Below the pieces are notes generated by a model. That model ran no database searches. It worked only from the letters and a program-made list of their open reading frames with translations, and was not told the DNA's origin. Positions 23,481 through 38,128 of a stretch of 64,000 bases of DNA are shown piece by piece (position 1 is the stretch's first letter; every line of letters starts with the position of its first letter). Made by a program: the position numbers and the translations under genes. The stretch spans positions 63,302,001 through 63,366,000 of the forward strand of contig NC_043002.1 in NCBI RefSeq assembly GCF_006345805.1. The letters are read 5' to 3'. This DNA is from Octopus sinensis (taxonomy: Eukaryota).

Positions 23481-25437
23481 TACCGCTATATTCACTAACA
23501 AGTCTGCACATAATATTTAGCTGTAAATTATCACTGGAAAGGAATAATTGCCTGTGTGAATCCTTTTTGAAATTAGCCATTTCATCTTTTATTGAAACTG
23601 GTTTGCTGCAAAATGACGAGCCCAAGACGCCAGCCTTCCTATACAGATGACGTTTCTAGCTGCTTAGATGATATGTGTTGAGAGTTAAATAGATAGTACG
23701 CTTCACGCCAAGTATTCACCATTTCGAACTGAAGAAGCGATTGTGCACGACGGTTCATCTTTATTTAATTCACACCTTCGTCTTTTTGACGATGATAAAA
23801 TGACCGCGAAGTCCCTATACAGGTGAAGTCTAACGACGTTCAAATCTGAAGTGACTTGTACGCAATTATTCAGGGCAGGTTGTAAAAAAAGTTGTTGAAT
23901 ATCATCATCATCATAGTTGAATATTCTGAGAGACTACACCCGATACGGAGAACTGTGTGAAGTTGATGACACAGGGTCATCTAACAAAGAATGAGTTACG
24001 TAGCATTATTCACTAGTTAAATAAATTTTCCAGAGAGTCCGTCATGGGATTCAATGAGATAATGTCCCCAGTCATTGCATATAACAATTGTATTGCAGGA
24101 GATTCAAAGTACAATCAATTCGCCTGCGAACTTTGATAATTATGAAACATTTTGTCTTGTTGCTGCTGTTATATATTGTTCATCCATATTCAAAGGGAGA
24201 TTACTTGACTGTTTCCCATAATAATTTTGATGTTTGTTTTTCTGTAACACGTATGAGAAATCTATATCTATAGATACTTACCAATATATGTTCCTTGTAA
24301 GCCAACTGATAGTTGTGAGAAGTTCAATCCTCTCAGTAAAATGTGGCAATTCTTCTGGAAATACATTCCTTCATATTCAAAGGAGAACCAGGAATCACGA
24401 AAATATTTCCTCCTCTTGCATTATGAGTTCAACGACCGATTTCCTCCGTATCCGTAATTACTCTCATTTTTATTGCATAAAAGTTGATGCAGTCCGAAGA
24501 TCTATCACAGCTTGATATTCATAGTAGTGAGTAGTTTACCGCTCTTCTTTTATTTCCATTTTATCACATGTACAATTGTTTCGTGTGATATGCAGACGAC
24601 GAAGTTTCTCGCTGTGTAATAACATTTTCAAAACGAAGAAATAATCAAAATACTAATTCGTGTCATGTGTGTTTCCGTGGTAAGTTACTAAAGCTAAATG
24701 CATAAATATAGTTTACTATAATTAAAATGAATTGTGACACTGACAATCGAGAAATGGACGCCTGCAGGAGCTACAAGTTTATCTTATAAAATCATTTGAC
24801 AAGATACTATCATATAACATTGGTAAACTAGCGTGCATAAAATCTAACATTATAATACAATAAAAGAGTGTTAATTCTATTTAGTTAGCTCTTATTATGT
24901 TGGTAATTTATCTGCATTGAAATTATGATTTTCAAAATTTGATCTTATTTACAACTTGGATAAATATTTGGTCAAGTGACGAATTTTTCTCCAAAAAACA
25001 TCTGTACGAACAACTTCTCCACGAAAAACTTCCCTACGAAATGTATTAATGATAGGTCGAAAGATGAAGACGATATTCAATGTAATTTACAATGATAAAG
25101 CTGATGCGAAATTTCAGTCTATTTATTTAGTTTGAACCATGAATTTTTTTTTTAAAATTAAAAACAGCATTAAATTATCTTTTTCTGGAGTAGGAAATTA
25201 ATGTAGCGTAAACAAATGGCATATGCACTGTATCATACACCCTACGACCGCCACCACCACCACCACCACCACCACCACCACCACACATACATATGTATGT
25301 ATGTGAGCGTTTATGTGATTCTTTCTATATGTGCGTGTTTGTGTGTGCGAGCGCGTGTGTCTGTGTCTGTGTGTGCCTGCGTGTGTGCGTGTGGGAAGAG
25401 TGTGTATACATACAAACTCGATGCCCAGAAGTTATAT

Positions 25438-25471
<34 letters not shown>

Positions 25472-25946
25472 GATATATATATATATATAAAATCTTTAGC
25501 ATATAGGTCAACGTAACTATCGAAGCTCAAGAATTCTCTCTCATCTTGCTGGCCGACTGCTTTGCTTATATCAAGAGACTTATGTAGATGGGCGCACATA
25601 GACACGAGAATAACAAATTCTCTACAACACACACACACTTAACCAATTCATGCGTTTACATATATGTGTATGTGTGTGCTGTGTGTGTGTGTATGTGTGC
25701 GTGTGTGTACGTGTGTACGAGCGCGTATGTGTATAGATGCAGGTGTTCAAAAGGCAACAGAAATTTTTGACCTGTGCCTTAACGGATATTTAGAGGAAGA
25801 CTTAATCCTTATTCGACGAAGTAACTGTTTTTCTTAAATTTTGAACGTATGCTTTCGCGCAAAATAGCAAGCTAAAAGGTATGATCACATTTCAAAAGAA
25901 TCTACATCCTAGAGCGAAACGTGTAACTAACCTATGCAATTATATA

Positions 25947-25994
<48 letters not shown>

Positions 25995-25995
<1 letters not shown>

Positions 25996-26245
25996 AGATT
26001 GTGGGTTCGATTCCCAGACCGGGCGTTGCATTGTGTTTCTTGAGCAAAGCACTTCATTTCACATTGCTCTGTAATCATTTCGACACACCTAACATGCGGT
26101 ACCCGTGCACCTATACAGGTAATGTCGATCTGATGGAGTGACTGAGCTTATGTCTACAGAAACATTTGATCACTGTGAAAAAATCTGTGCTCGGTAAGAA
26201 TACTCGAACCCTTATACGTCGTATAACGACAGGAAAGTCCATCAT
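25995..26245 (+). mobile_element. SINE family E-like copy, 5'-truncated
   Basis: gggttcgattcccagaccgg..ttcttgagcaaagcacttcatttcac shared with 44390-44716. Confidence 0.7.
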
Positions 26246-26309
26246 ATATATATATAATATATATATTATATATATATATATATATATAAATACATTATAT
26301 ATACATATT

Positions 26310-26341
<32 letters not shown>

Positions 26342-26548
26342 ATAATATATATATATATGTATATATATAATATACATATATATGTCTACATATATATATA
26401 TATATACATATATATACATATATATGTACGCACACATTACATATACATATGTATATGTATATTTATATATGTATATATATATTTTGTGTACATATATATG
26501 TATATTATATGTTATATATATATTATTATTATATATGTAGATATAATA

Positions 26549-26586
<38 letters not shown>

Positions 26587-26969
26587 TATACATATATATA
26601 TATCTACATATATATATACATATATATATACCTATAATGTACACACATACATATACATATGTATATATAAATATGTATACATATATATATATATATGTGT
26701 GTGTGTTTTTCAACGTTTACAAAGAACATGGAAAAAACAAATAGCTTCCAGGGTAGCAAAAGTTCACATAAGTACTAAGGCCGTAACAGCCTACTTATAA
26801 ATGCAGAAATTGCAGGTTTAGGTGAAATGTTTTTGGATCATATAGATAAATAAATAAATGGAGTTGAACGCACGTATTAATCAAATCTTTATACTTCAGA
26901 CATACGTTTCGAAGAAAACATTGGTATTATTCCTGAAGGAATAACATGATATAAAACAATGCAATCTTA

Positions 26970-27197
26970 TTTTTTATTGCCCACAAGGAGCTAAATATAA
27001 AGGAGACAAACAAGCCCAGACAAAGGGATTAAGTCGATTGCATCGACCACAAGTACGTAAGTGGTACTTAATTTATCGAACCCGAAAGGATGAAAGGCAA
27101 AGTTGGCCTCGGCGAAATTTGAACTCAGAACGTAAAGAAAGACGAAATACCTCTGAGCAGTTCGCCCGGTGGGGAAATATTTCTGCCAGCTTGCCGC
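26970..27197 (-). mobile_element. SINE family A, tail type 2
   Basis: Reverse-complement match. Confidence 0.85.
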
Positions 27198-27354
27198 GTT
27201 TATTGCAATGCAATCTTCTCATCAAAGAGGCAATATGGTGACAGGAAACACAAGGAGCAGCACTGCCCACCTCAGAACTTCACCTGAACTCATTCTGGAG
27301 AAGAAACGGTAAGTATGAAATAAGAGCTTAATCACACTATATAATCACAGATGT

Positions 27355-27553
27355 GTACATGTGGTAAGTTTGCCATCCAACGTCATAGTTCTGGATGCAA
27401 GCCCACTAGCTCACACTTTTGGTCATTGTCTCCTAATATAGCCTCGGGCCAACCAAAGACTTGTGAGTGGATTTAGTAGACGGAAACTGAAAGAAGCCCG
27501 TCGTTTGTATTATATTATATTATATTATATCATATTATATTATATATATATTA

Positions 27554-27584
<31 letters not shown>

Positions 27585-27782
27585 TTGTATGTCTGTTTGT
27601 CCCCAATATCGCTTAACAACCGATGGTGATGTGTTTACGTCCCAGTAACTTAGCGTTCCGGCAAAAGAGACCGATAGAATAAATATTAGGTTTCTAAAGA
27701 ATAAGTCCTAGGGTCGATGTGCTCGACTAAAGGCGGTGCTTCAGCATGGCTGCAGTCAAATGATTGAAACAATTAAAAGAGT
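27355..27782 (+). mobile_element. Full SINE family B with an internal (TA)/(TG) microsatellite
   Basis: Head, microsatellite (27504-27590) and tail are colinear. Confidence 0.85.
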
Positions 27783-28414
27783 ATGGCACCGGTTTGAAAA
27801 ATGTTAGTCGAGCGAATCGATCCTATTACTGATGTTTTGAGTCAGATGCTTATTGTATCTGACTCTATTGTTCGACACACAGACACTGGTTATCAAGAGA
27901 TGCCTGAGGTTGAAATGCATGTTTACATTTAGTAGAAGATACTTGGTCGAAATCTAGCAGGGGAAAACTTAACCCGAATCCGCGGGTTTGCAAAGCTAGC
28001 TTCTCTACCACACAGCCATTCTTGCATTTATAAATGAGAGATAAAAATGAGAATACCTCGTATATCAAAAAATCATTTCATTCCACTATAAACAATATGT
28101 TGATCACCAGGAAATTACAAGAAAAAAATGCCCCACAAAAAAAAATGATTGAAAAATACAAAGATATCAACAAAAGCGTTAGAAATGTGATAGACAATTA
28201 ATATTTTAGTACAAAAATTTAATGTCTTGAAAGTTGATGATTATAATCTGAAATTTTAATATCTTAATGCTCATGATTATTTTTGTTCTATTTCGTTTTG
28301 TTTTATTCAACATTTTCTGGAGTTGTTGATAAATTTTAAAGTATTTCAAATATATCGATGTAAGTTTTTATCTGTTTACCTTCATCACCATAGTAATCAT
28401 AAATTTCGTTTTCG

Positions 28415-28569
28415 TCATCATCATCATCATCATCATTATCATCATCATCATCATCATCATTATCATCATCATCATCATCATCACATCATCATCATCATCA
28501 CCATTATTTAGCAGTAGTAGTAGTAGTAGTAGTAGGAGGAGGAGGAAGAGAAGCAGCGGCAGCAGCGGT

Positions 28570-28608
<39 letters not shown>

Positions 28609-28620
28609 CGTTGTTGTTGT
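28415..28620. repeat. (CAT)n-(AGT)n-(AGG)-(AGC)n compound microsatellite
   Basis: Direct reading. Confidence 0.9.
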
Positions 28621-29950
28621 ATGGTAGTAGCATTTATATAACTGTCTACCTCTTATTCGTGTCATTCCCGTACGATTCTTAGATTCATTTAATTATTTCT
28701 TTGTTTTATTGTTTGTTGGTTTCTAGTTGAATAAATGAAGCTGAAGAAATCAAAACTGAAATTTTACGTAAATAATATCATAAAAAAACGTTCACTAATT
28801 TATTTTATTGCATTTTCGCTTCTAATTTACGAAACTTCATTTGTAATTTTTCACACATATTAACATCAACAGAAAGGTAAAGAGTTATATATCATATCAT
28901 GAGTTTCAAAACATCTTCAGCTAAGTTCAACGTGCAATGATTGCGTTATGAATGGCATGACAACCTTTAGGCTATTGATGAAAAGGTATGAAGGAAATGG
29001 ATTTCTGAAAACATTAACCACATACAAGCTGTCTCAATTGTCAGATACTTTACATGACCGAACACCTGAATATTCTCGTTTTCTCAAAGGTATTTGTTAA
29101 AAAAAAATTGGTAAAAGCCTCGTACAAAGTAGATCAGTGACAAAATATAATGGAATATATAGGAGAAATTATTTTTATTCTCAGAAATTTAGTTGTCCTG
29201 AGTTGTCCAGATGGTCTCCGAGGCAAGCTATATTTAAGCGGCCGCCGACACGTTTTAATAAAATTTAATTCGTGATATGCCTAACACGGCTAACTATGAG
29301 CGTACATTTTTATTCGGATCTGTAAAGAAGGAATCATTGAGAAAACAGGATAAAAGTAATAATAATTTGAAAACGACGGAGATCCTTTTACATGCTAATT
29401 TTCTGCTGGGATTTATGCTCAGGCAGCAGCTGGACATAAACGTAAAAATCACATCAGTAAAATAAAATATGAGAGAAAGAAAAGAAAAATGAGAATAAGC
29501 AAGATATATATATATACAAATACATGCAAACAAACAGCCGCACACTACATGTAGGTAATATGTTTTGCCGAACGAACGATGGCGGCTAGAAGCTAATGCA
29601 TCGAACTACCGGAAGTAATATGGTGAACAGTGCAATTATATTGCTGACCGCTCGCTCAGGCAAACACATCTACTGTTCATTTCCTAATAGCTGAATAAAC
29701 TTCAGTGAGTTGGGATATAATTTATCAGTATTCAAGGACATTTCGATCGGTTTTGATGTTTTCCCAAATCACAAATACTGGACATATGCATGCTTGCGTG
29801 CATGTATAACTGTACATTTGATATTATATATACGCACATATGTAGACACATGTATGCGTAATGTATGTATATGTTCAAAAGCATATAAATACATTTATAC
29901 ATACATACATATATTTATACATACATATAAATATATATGTTTATATGTAT

Positions 29951-29982
<32 letters not shown>

Positions 29983-30223
29983 GGTATGTATGTATATATT
30001 CATATATATGTGTGTATGTCTATATATATATATATATATATAATATATATATATATGCATGCTACTTAATCTTAATATATTTCAAAAGGTCTTCGTGGCT
30101 CTCTTTTTCTCTTCCTTCTTATCTCTGAAGCTCTGAAGAGTTTTCGTTTGTCTGTAGTCTACTTCTATCATGATACCGGCAAATGCACACATACATATAC
30201 ATACACACACCTATATATCTGTG

Positions 30224-30264
<41 letters not shown>

Positions 30265-30685
30265 TATATATATATATATATATATATGCATGTATGTATG
30301 TACGCATATATGTACATATACATGCCTAGTTACGTACATACATTTATCGAAGGCTTATGTGTAAGTATACATCCGTAATTAAGTACAGAAAGCATTTAGT
30401 TAGCTTTGTTTATTCTGCAGGTATATGAACAACTGAACAAATCTTTCGATGACATGTATGTTGAACGATATTGTGTACACAGCTCCAATCGCGCCTAACC
30501 TCCATCATTCTGATCAAACATAGGATTTGTAAAACCCGGGCTGTCATGATAGGAGACTACGTGGAGAATATAGAATGTAGGTAAGTAATGGCACTCACAC
30601 AAAACACTCACATACGCACAGACAGAGATGTAGTAATTACAACAAAAGCAAGAACGATGAGGTGGAGGAGAAGGCGATGAAGACC

Positions 30686-30737
<52 letters not shown>

Positions 30738-31215
30738 ATTATATATACATATATAGGTAGGTAGATAGATAGATATATATAGATAGATAGTTAGATAGAT
30801 GCATATATACACACAAAGACGTTCACGTGAGTGTGTATGCATGTATGCCTGTCTTATAAGTGTGTGTCCACATGTACTTCTACGACCTTTGCCCACTCGA
30901 TGCATGTGTGTTCATGTGTCCCTCATGTTGGTTTATATGAGCTCCTTAAATTTATTCAATATTCTTCTTTATTGACTGAATAAAAATCTATGGGTTGCTC
31001 TGCTCCTTAGATGTGTATTTACATATAGATGTCTGTCTCGGCTAAAGTCTGCAGGCAATAGGGTGCGGCATCATAGTTATCAGTAGTTGTACCGGTATAT
31101 ATACTTGCATATAATATGTGTGTGTATGTATATATATAAATATATGTGTGTGTGTGTGTGTGTGTTTATGTGTGTGTGTGTATATATATGTATGTATGTA
31201 TCTATCTATTTATCA

Positions 31216-31285
<70 letters not shown>

Positions 31286-31300
31286 TTATCTATCTCTCTA

Positions 31301-31334
<34 letters not shown>

Positions 31335-32529
31335 CATACATATATATGTATATATATATATATATATATCAGTGAGTGTGTGTGCATGTTTGCAGGGATA
31401 TATAAAATGCAGTCGTAAATATAAATTATACAATGTTGAGATCATGTCGTCCCTGTATGTGTTGGTATATAAGCAATGTGTCTGAAAAAGTATATATGGT
31501 ACTCTGTGTCTGTATGTATGTGTGTGTGTGTGATTGTGTGTGTGTGTGTGTGTTTCAGTCGGCTTCGCTTTGTCCCTGCATTAAGTATATACGTGGTAGA
31601 TTGTAGCTAAGCGGTTGCTAGGTAATCAACTTCGTATTTAATTATTAAAACCCCGTGCAAAAACAAACACAGCGGAGGCTTTGTTCGGTCATTAACCACA
31701 CACGCCCATAAATGTATGCACACATAGAAAATGATTGTCATATTGTATATATATATATATATATGCGTATATTATATGCATACACACACAAGCACACATA
31801 TATATGTATATATACATATACGTATATTTTTATAGTATATATGATATATACTATAAAAATATACGTATATGTATATGCATGCACAAATATAGGCGTGCGT
31901 ATATACATACATACTTATATACATACATACCTGTAGACACTTTGAAATGAACAATTTGAATATCCAAGCAGGCAATCATTTTCGCTAAACTAAGCGAGTG
32001 AATCACGCACACATCTTCGAAACCACACGCAGATGTACACGCATACCATCAAACAGCTACGTGCAGAATAACATTAGGGCAAAGACATAATGCTTTTCTT
32101 TATGAATAAATACATAGACGCACACACACACGCACACGCACACGCACACACACTTATGTACGCTTATATTATACCTTCACTCACACATGGAGATACATAC
32201 ATACATATGCGCAGCCTTGGAGAGAAAGTGGGTAAAATTAATAGAGATAATTCTATTATAATCCTCGAGCAAACCGTCGTGAAGCCGCAGATTCACTTCA
32301 CAAGGGATAACTCATTAATATTACAATAACAAATTTTCCACATTGTTCCCTGTTGTAGTGATTCGTTAGAACCCTTAGAACATTCATACAATAATACATA
32401 TGTGTGTGCGTGTTTTGTTTTGCATATATATGTGTGTATGTGTGTGTGTGTGTGTGTATGTGTGTGCGGGCATCTATATAAATATATGTGTATATATCTG
32501 TGCGTATGTGTTTATATATATATATATAT

Positions 32530-32735
32530 ATAGTTGAAATTTATGGAAAAATAAAAGGAAAAGGCAGGTGTGTGAACAACAAGCAAGAGTGTAATATTGG
32601 AGCTCGAGAAAAATGAAAAAACTCTTTTGCATTTCGAGCTTACGCTCTTCAACCGAAAGGAATAAGAGAAAATAAACAGAGAGAGAAAGAGAATGAAAAA
32701 ACTTGTAGATTTTAGCGGTCCAGTATGATGAATGA

Positions 32736-32740
<5 letters not shown>
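32530..32740 (-). mobile_element. (TA)n-adjacent module with a hammerhead-shaped but core-deviant motif at 32624-32659
   Basis: Minus strand: cttt CGGTTGAA GAGC gtaa GCTC GAAAT GCA aaag; same family as 39550-39706 and 41955-42060. Confidence 0.6.
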
Positions 32741-32776
<36 letters not shown>

Positions 32777-32919
32777 CGACAATGGATCATATTTCCATAC
32801 ATCCGTTAGAACAAGGTCACTCCAAACGTCAGAGCGGTCTATATGGCTAAGCGTTTTATAGAGCCAAAATCATTGATGACTCTATGACCGCCCGCGCCAT
32901 ATATTTAAACGCTTTTACT

Positions 32920-33143
32920 TGTTGCAGTCATTTGACTAGAACACCGCCTTTAGTGGAACAAATCGAATCCAGGATTTATTCTTTGTAAGCTTTGTACTTA
33001 TTCTATCTGTCTCTTTGGCCGAACTGGAAGCTTACGGGGACGTGAAAACACCAACATCGGTTGTCAATCGATGGTGGGTGCACAGCACAGACAGACAAAC
33101 ATACACACATGCACGCTTACACAAACACACACTCATACACACA

Positions 33144-33176
<33 letters not shown>

Positions 33177-33312
33177 CAACACACACACACAATATATATA
33201 TATACGACGGGCATTTTTCGGTTTCCTGAGGCTATAGAAGTCACTTGCCCAAGGTGCCACGTAGTGGGACTTAACCCGGAACCATGAGACTGGGAAGCAA
33301 GCTACTTACCAT
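32920..33312 (-). mobile_element. Full SINE family B with an internal (CA)n
   Basis: Tail, microsatellite and head are colinear on the minus strand. Confidence 0.8.
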
Positions 33313-35287
33313 AGGTAAGTAATAAGGGATTTCCCCAAACGTTTACTATTTTGCGCACAGTTAGGTTTTCAAAAATTCTTTAAACCCAATCGTTCATTTT
33401 GTTTATTCCATAGAAATAAATTTCCTGGCGTTTTTAATATCAAGAATAATAAGGAATATGATGAAATAGCATATGTATGTATGTATATATTTATTTATTT
33501 ATTCGTGTATACACACACACACACGCGCGCACACACACAAACATTGCTCTTTTTCATCCTACACTTCAATTTCTCTGCTTAAATACTTCCAAAGTCTTCC
33601 TCTTTTGGAATAGATAAAATATTGTAAATGTCGACTTAACAACTTCTACGCTCAACATTTCTATTGCAGTACATTTCTTAGATACAATTTTTTAACATTA
33701 TCATGTGATTTTGATTTCATTACTCATCAACTTCTGCAACTAATGCTTGAAATTTAAATAAATCGTGTTTTGTATGATAATATCCTTCAGTAAATTTCAC
33801 AAAGAGAAAAAAATAGATATAAACAGGATTGCAAAAGCGAGTTGTTGCATGCTGGGGAAATTTGCACCACGTACACACACACAAACACGCACACACACAC
33901 ACAAACACGCACACACACACAGAGTACCATATATACATTTAAATATATAAACATGATTGCAAATATGAGTAGTTCCAGGCGTACAAGTTGCCAAAAAAAA
34001 GCCCGTTATATTATACTTAGGGTCCTATTTCGACATATGTTGCTATGGCTTAATTTGTTGATACCTTCTCGCGTTTCTTTGCCTGTTCTGTTTTTTTTTT
34101 ATTGTTAAAGCTTTAATATTTCTCGAAATAACTACACATACCAGTACAAAATCTCTTACATGAACGCATATAAAATTATGGAAATTTTGACCGAAATTTT
34201 GAATTGACTGTCAACATAATTCTCCTTAAAGAATGATTCATTCATACTTTACCAAAAGTCTTGAGTAATCTTTCAGTTTAAAGTAAAACTCACTTTATCA
34301 TAAGATAAAAACAAGCACACACACATGCATACACTCACGCACATGCAAATGATAGAAAAAAGAATGTATTGTAAATAAACAAACGCCATAACGTATACTG
34401 AGTGTACGGTATACAAACACCTTATTCTTCCTCAATTACACCGTACAACAATGATTTTCCTACCGAGAAATGGAACATTATTTTCTGGAACAGTTTTTGC
34501 AATAGATAACGAAAATGAATTCATGAAATGACTCCAGTGATGCTACTTACCACACAGCGACTCCTACGCCTGAATAACATATAAATATAAATACACACAT
34601 ATATATACATACGCGGTTAAAGCTTTTGGCTGTTATTTCTAGTGGGTGAATGGCCTATTATGGCCGTTCCTTGATTGTGATGTTGAACTTAAAAATGGTA
34701 TATGACTATTTAATTTTTTCCCACTAGGCCGCTGGTGGCAAAAAAATTCTATAAAATTTTTTGCCACCCTATATTGATTAATTATATATATATATATAGA
34801 TATATATATACACTACCGTCAGAAATTAATTAGCACCCTTGATTTGCTCTTCACTCAAGGTATGTGCTGTCACCTAGTGGCCATATCTCGAACTATTGCT
34901 TTGTTGCGAGTTCACTGTTGCGCAGAACTATGAAGGTAACTTTGTTTGCAGAGCAGTTTGAGAGTCTACAGCCTTATGATGTTGACATAGCAGTGCAACA
35001 ACTTGGAGTGCGGATGCAGACAAATCTTCCTTTGTTTAATAGATATAGGTAGCGCCTCGCAAGGACCGAAATCACACCATACTAAGTTTTCTCATCGCGT
35101 AAGACGTTTTGAACAGCTCATAGCTTAATTGATTTAACCTATTTAATGTAGAAATTTGAGAAGTGCTAATTAATTTCTGACGCAAGTGTACATATATATA
35201 TATGTATATATATATATACATATACATATATATGTATATATATATACATATACATATATATATATGTATATATATATCTATGATATC

Positions 35288-35320
<33 letters not shown>

Positions 35321-35325
<5 letters not shown>

Positions 35326-35480
35326 AATATGTTACATTACTCGATAGTTTTATCAAGTTTATCAAGTTTTATCTTGACTATCGAGTAATGTAACATATTA
35401 TTGTATAGATAAATTTCCTCTATTTACATAATATTGAGGTCTCTTCTTTCTTTGTTATTTACCGTTTTAATTAACCAATA
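35321..35480. mobile_element. Second copy of the 6637-type palindromic module, inverted, with the centre deleted
   Basis: acaataatatgttacattactcgatag / ctatcgagtaatgtaacatattattgt arms; flank is the reverse complement of 6637-6705. Confidence 0.85.
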
Positions 35481-35517
35481 TATATATATATATATATAAT
35501 ATATATATATATATATA

Positions 35518-37133
35518 CAGTTGCGGCCCAAATGTTCAGAACGGCATTGTTTTCGAGAGAAAAGTAAGTATGAGTTTTTATCAAAGAAGTTTTATATTCT
35601 ATATTTTGACAGACAATAAATACAATATTAATTGTTATTGTTTGAGATTTTGGTTTAATTTGAGAGGATAATACAAAAGTTATGGATGATTTAGTGATTT
35701 ACTGCAAAACCCATGGCGGCCAAAATGATCAGAACGGTTAAAAAAAGAACAAAATAATCAAAAATGACAGAGAATACTGGAATTATTTAATATTTAGTGT
35801 GAAGCCCTTTAGTCTGACATCTTCGACTGCATGAGGAAATTAAATTTTCAATTTCTTGCTGGGTGATTTTATTCCATTCTTCCTGAAGGGCATTCCATAA
35901 TTGTTCAGTTGTTTTAGGATTTCTGGCTTTCGAGCGTTCTCCTAGAATATTCCATACACTTTCAATAGGATTGAGATCTGGGCTTTGAGCAGGTCAATCC
36001 ATAACAATAACCTTTTCAGCCTTGAGGAAGTTCATGACCACCTTAGCCTTGTAACATGGGGCATTGCCCTGCATGAATATGGGTGGTCGCTTAGTTGAAT
36101 TTCTCAGCACAGGCAAGACATGATCTTTTACAAGTTGTTTATAAACTCCTGCATTTACCTTTCCATGTAATCGCACCAAAGGGCCCACACCATCTCCAGA
36201 TATCATCCCCCAAACCATGACACTTCCTCCACCGAATTCAACACTAGTCTTAAGGCATTTAGGCGACAATTTTTCACCTACTGTTCGACGAACGTACCTT
36301 TTCCCATCTGAGCCAAATAACATAAACTTAGATTCATCATTGAAATGCACCGTTTGCCATTTTTCTTGAGACCGCAACACATGTTCGGTTGCAAAGGTAA
36401 GACGACACTTTTTATTCTTGGAGCTGATCAGTGGCTTCACTGCAAGTGCTCTTGCTTGTAGGTCATGTTCAACTAAACGACGAGACATAGTTTTTCGAGA
36501 TGAAGTTTTCTTCAAAACAATGCTCATTTTCCGAGAAACAGCAGCAGCAGTTTTAATCTGTCCTTTTTAACCAATTTTCCCATAGCACGATCTTCTCTCT
36601 TGGTCGTTTTTCTTGGCCTACCTGTAAACTTTTTTGCTTCACACGAACCACAATCATCGTAGACCTTAAGAATACCGTGTACAACACTTTTTGTCTAGTT
36701 AACAATCTTTGCAATAGATCCAATACTTAAATTATCCTTCCTTCGAAGCTTAATAATCTGCTGACGAATTGGTAACGGAGTAAGTGGCATTATATTAACA
36801 AAGTACACTGCAAATATTCTTACTAATGTTTAGTAAACGAACCGTCACGTAAACAAATTCAAAACATTAGAGTTCGCTGGTTAAATATACTAAAACACGG
36901 AGTAAAAGCAACCGTTCTGATCATTTTGGCCGCCATGGGTTTTGCAGTAAATCACTAAATCATCCATAACTGTTGTATTATCCTCTCAAATTACATCAAA
37001 ATCTCAGACAATAACAAATAATATAATATTTATTGTCAGTGAAAATTATAGAATATAAAACAATTTAGATAAAAAAATTATATCTACTTTTCTGAAGAAA
37101 ACAATGACGTTCTGAACATTTTGACCGCCACTG
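35518..37133 (-). mobile_element. Near full-length Tc1-family (DD34E) transposon with ~220-bp IR-DR terminal repeats
   Basis: TA-cagt(t/g)gcggc ends; arms 35518-35739 and 36910-37133 each carry inner and outer gcggcc(c/a)aaatg(t/a)tcagaacg repeats. Confidence 0.95.
35787..36790 (-). pseudogene. Tc1 transposase pseudogene
   Basis: MPLTPLPIRQQIIKL..GRPRKTT..VHFNDESKF..GGGSVMVWG..MQGNAP (catalytic D>G)..D*PAQSPDLNPIE..GLHTKY*; two stops and a frameshift. Confidence 0.95.
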
Positions 37134-37211
37134 TATATACATATACATATATATATTAGATATATATATATATATATATATAATATATATATATATATAT
37201 AATATATATAG

Positions 37212-37242
<31 letters not shown>

Positions 37243-37276
37243 GTATATATACATATTTATATATACACATATAGAA

Positions 37277-37348
<72 letters not shown>

Positions 37349-37354
<6 letters not shown>

Positions 37355-37785
37355 TTTACCCACAAGTCACTGATGAGATTCAGCTTTTACAACTTCCTGA
37401 ACTTTAGAAATAAATGCATGAAATTTTGATACAGTATAAAGGATATAAAGCAAAGAAAGTGTTTATTTAAATCAACAATGCGAAGTTATTGGTTCAACTG
37501 TATGGAGGACATCAATAGTGAAATCAGAGAAGTGATGTCTGAAACTCTTCGGGGTGTTGTAGTGCAAGTTTTGGAGAGAGCACGGGCGTGCGAAGTCAAA
37601 AATGGCTGCCATTTAAGCGATGTCCTTTTTCGTATGTGATATTGTGGTTTCGCAAAACTTGGCTTGCGTTTATTAATTTTCCATTATGTTCTTTATATAT
37701 GGCATCAGAAGTTTATGCATTTACTTGTACAGTTAAAGAAGTTATTAAAAATTGAAACACATCAATGATTTAGGCCGAAAATTAC
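37349..37785 (+). mobile_element. Non-autonomous Tc1/mariner derivative retaining the transposase C-terminus
   Basis: Diverged TIRs (aagtcactgatgag..aaatgcatgaaattttgat versus the reverse complement at 37700-37775); INSEIREVMSETLRGVVVQVLERARACEVKNGCHLSDVLFRM*. Confidence 0.6.
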
Positions 37786-37900
37786 TTCCTTTTATAGGAA
37801 AAAGATAACATTTCCTAATTCACTTCTCGTTTTTATTATTATGTGTAGAAGATATCGCCTTTTACAGAGAACGTGTTAAATGCAGTTGACTATTAATAAA

Positions 37901-38128
37901 GGCGGCGAGCTGGCAGAATCGTTAGTACGTCGGGCGAAATACTTAGCGGTATTTCGTCTGCCACTAAGTTCTGAGTTCAAATTCTGCTGAGGTCGACTTT
38001 CCCTTTCATCCTTTCGGGATCGATTAAATAATTCCCAGTTACGCACTGGGGTCGATGTAATCGACTTAGTCCCTTTGCCTGTCCTAGTTTGTCCCCTCTA
38101 TGTTTAGCCCCTTGTGAGCAATAAAGAA
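37901..38128 (+). mobile_element. SINE family A, tail type 2
   Basis: Match to 1314-1538. Confidence 0.9.

Noticed and set aside
34734-34768. 12-bp hairpin ggtggcaaaaaa/ttttttgccacc resembling a terminator
   Set aside because: Intrinsic terminators are not expected here; more likely a collapsed palindromic repeat remnant, with no further support.
37372-37420. CTGATGA motif as a hammerhead; likewise CTGANGA hits at about 8056, 19292 and 30140
   Set aside because: No helix II followed by GAAA and no NUH site; the 37372 hit is part of a transposon TIR.
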